Shown: one piece after another, positions 61,906-64,000 of the stretch
How the letters are laid out: every line of letters starts with the position of its first letter
How positions within the stretch are numbered: the first letter of the stretch is position 1
From: an uncultured Bacteroidales bacterium
GTDB taxonomy: Bacteria; Bacteroidota; Bacteroidia; Bacteroidales; VadinHA17
Assembly: GCA_963734885.1 (NCBI GenBank)
Contig: CAVTIJ010000008.1
Coordinates: 246,952 to 310,951, forward strand
Reading direction: 5' to 3'
Length of the DNA stretch: 64,000 bases
The notes under the pieces: model-generated
Databases searched by the model: none
The model's input: only the letters and a program-made list of their open reading frames with translations
What the model was told of the DNA's origin: nothing
Position numbers and translations under genes: made by a program

Positions 61906-64000
61906 ATGTCAGATTATTACTCAAATACTAAACAAACCTATTCTCAAACTGAACTTAAAAATTCCAACATGGACAATTCAAATCAACAATCATCTCCGGT
62001 TATAATCACCTCTTATCCCAGAAGACGATAATATTGATTTTAAAAGATATATGTCATTATTTATAAGTAACTGGTACTGGTTTGCAATTGCATTATTTAT
62101 TTCACTGACTTTTGCCTATGGAATAAACAGGTATTCTGAAGAAGTATATACTGTTTCCTCAACACTTCTTATTCAGGATGACCAGTATAGTAATAATAAA
62201 TCAGGTTTAGGGAGTATAATTCCGGGAGGAGATATATTTAAGAACGGACCAGAATTTAAACAATGAAATAGGGATACTTAAAGTCATACAGTCTGAATTA
62301 CAGGGTTATTAAGAATTACCTGAATTTCAGATTGTTTATGTAAGTATTGGCAGAAGAGGAATTGCTGAGACAAAACTATATAAGGATTGTCCATTTATAG
62401 TAATTGCCGATTCGATTGAAATTCAACCCAAAACCAAGGTTAATATATATATTATATCAAAAGAATAATTACAGTCTTGAAATTGATGATAATCCTGAAA
62501 CTGCAAGGAACTTAAATTTGGAGACGGTTTAATGAAAAAGGATTTGATTTCATTATCAGGCTAAGAGACTCAGTAAATTATATTCCAGGAAAGAATGATC
62601 TTCTCAAAGCGATATTATTTTTATTTTGAAACCCAAAGATCTTGCAAATTCTTACAGGAACAAACTAAAAATTAGCCCTATATCAGAAGGAGCAACCCTG
62701 GTTACTTTATCTGTTTCAGGTTTTGTTGCTGCACAGGAAGCAGATTTTCTGAATAAATTAATGGATTTGTATATAAAATATGGTTTGGAATTTAAAAATG
62801 CACAGCTGATTCAACAATAGCTTTTATTAATAAACAATTCAGGATTATTTCCGATTCTCTTTCAATTGCTGAAAACAATCTTGAGAAATTCAAACTTGTC
62901 GAACAAGATTATCGATCTTAGCAGCGAAGGAACACTAATTAAAAACCGATTGGAAAGATTTGAAAATGAAAAAGCTACAATTGAACTTCAGCAAAAATAT
63001 TACAATTATCTGACAGATTATGTTAATATCCAAGAATGAATCAGGTGACATTATTTCTCCTTCAGTATTAGGGATTAACTGATCAGGTGCTTATCAGTCT
63101 CTGGTTGACGAATCTGGCTCGGCGCTACAAAAAAGAAGAAGATGCTTACTTTTAATATTACAGGGTAAATATCCCTGCAATCGAATATACCGATAAGAGA
63201 TTGAATTAGCACGTGCATCTTTAAATGAAAACCTGAAAAACAGTATGATAATCACTAAATATTATCCTTGAAAAATGTTAAGAACAATTTCCGAGACTGA
63301 TCTGAATTAATGAAATTGCCTGGAACAGAAAGACAGATGATAAGTATTCAGAGAAAATTTGATCTGAACAATTCTGTTTATACTTATCTTCTTGAAAAAA
63401 GAGCGGAGGCGGAATTGCAATGGCATCAACTGTTTCGGAAAACAGGATTATTGACAGGGCTTCAACATTTAATTCAGCCACTTATAAAACCAAAGACAAA
63501 ACAGAATTATTCTCTTGCATTTATATTAGGATTCTTGTTACCAGTGATTAGTATTTTTCTGATTGATTATCTTAACAATAAAATTATTGATAAAAAGGAT
63601 GTTGAAAAAGGACAAAAGCGCCTATTCTTGGATTCATAAGTCATAATGATTACAAAAATGAAATCCCGGTTGTTTCAAAACCCGGTTCAACTCTGGCCGA
63701 ATCTTTCCGTTCGGTAAGGACAGCACTTGAAATATTATATCAAAAGATTCTGAACCACTTATAATTTCAATTACCTCCACGATAAGCTCTGAAGGGAAGA
63801 CATTTATCTCGGTAAATCTTGCTGCAATAATAGCAATGCTTGGGAAAAGAGTGCTACTGGTAGGACTGGATCTGAGGAAACCACGGATTCATAAAGTTTT
63901 TGATATTGAAAATGAAGAAGGAATGAGTACTTATCCTGAGTGGAAATTGCAACTATGAGGATGTAATTAAGGAAACATCAGTTAAAAATCTATTTTATGC
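61906..64000 (+). pseudogene. Wzc-like chain-length determinant/tyrosine kinase, many frame breaks, continues past the right edge
   Basis: The N-terminal TM piece DFKRYMSLFISNWYWFAIALFISL, the coiled-coil middle, the second TM piece (FILGFLLPVISIFLIDYL) and the P-loop region SSEGKTFISVNLAAIIAMLGKRVLLVGLDLRKP lie in several frames. Confidence 0.6.

Noticed and set aside
1-64000. tRNA, rRNA or tmRNA genes
   Set aside because: Scanning the intergenic regions found no cloverleaf-like segment with T-loop GTTCRANYC-type motifs and no rRNA-like conserved blocks.

Overview
This 64-kb chromosomal segment looks Bacteroidota-like: it has a T9SS C-terminal sorting domain, a UpxY-type NusG paralogue, an alpha-2-macroglobulin/PBP1C pair, DUF1080, GH20 and a type-2 IleS. 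No rRNA, tRNA or CRISPR array was found. Positions 1-42,900 are mostly minus-strand housekeeping and envelope genes: uppP, a GH20 hexosaminidase, pruA, an S9 peptidase, corA, pbpC, dnaG, uxs, ileS, cobB, ubiX and ribE. Positions 42,900-64,000 form an accessory, polysaccharide-type region. It holds a sugar transferase, UpxY, WecD/WecE-like genes, GT2, a GT-C membrane protein and Wza/Wzc-like genes. These are interrupted by small selfish cassettes, toxin-antitoxin genes and many broken reading frames. The most unusual content is non-genic. (1) A 575-bp unit is repeated 3.6 times in tandem (45286-47369) in the divergent region upstream of UpxY. Each unit folds on paper into a closed four-way junction, and diverged partial copies lie at 30385-30634 and 31676-31800. 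(2) Three four-helix-bundle (23S rRNA IVS-protein family) genes are each bracketed by long inverted arrays of a cassette-specific 8-nt word. ORF-less hairpin relatives, solo arms and a 28-unit 8-mer array just upstream of UpxY also occur. (3) DUF559 and GIY-YIG genes each carry their own palindromic flank family, and these repeats extend into the 3' ends of the GIY-YIG gene and of ribE. Many genes carry frameshifts, including the essential ileS, and the breaks are very unevenly distributed. Real pseudogenisation therefore cannot be separated from indel-type assembly error using the sequence alone.
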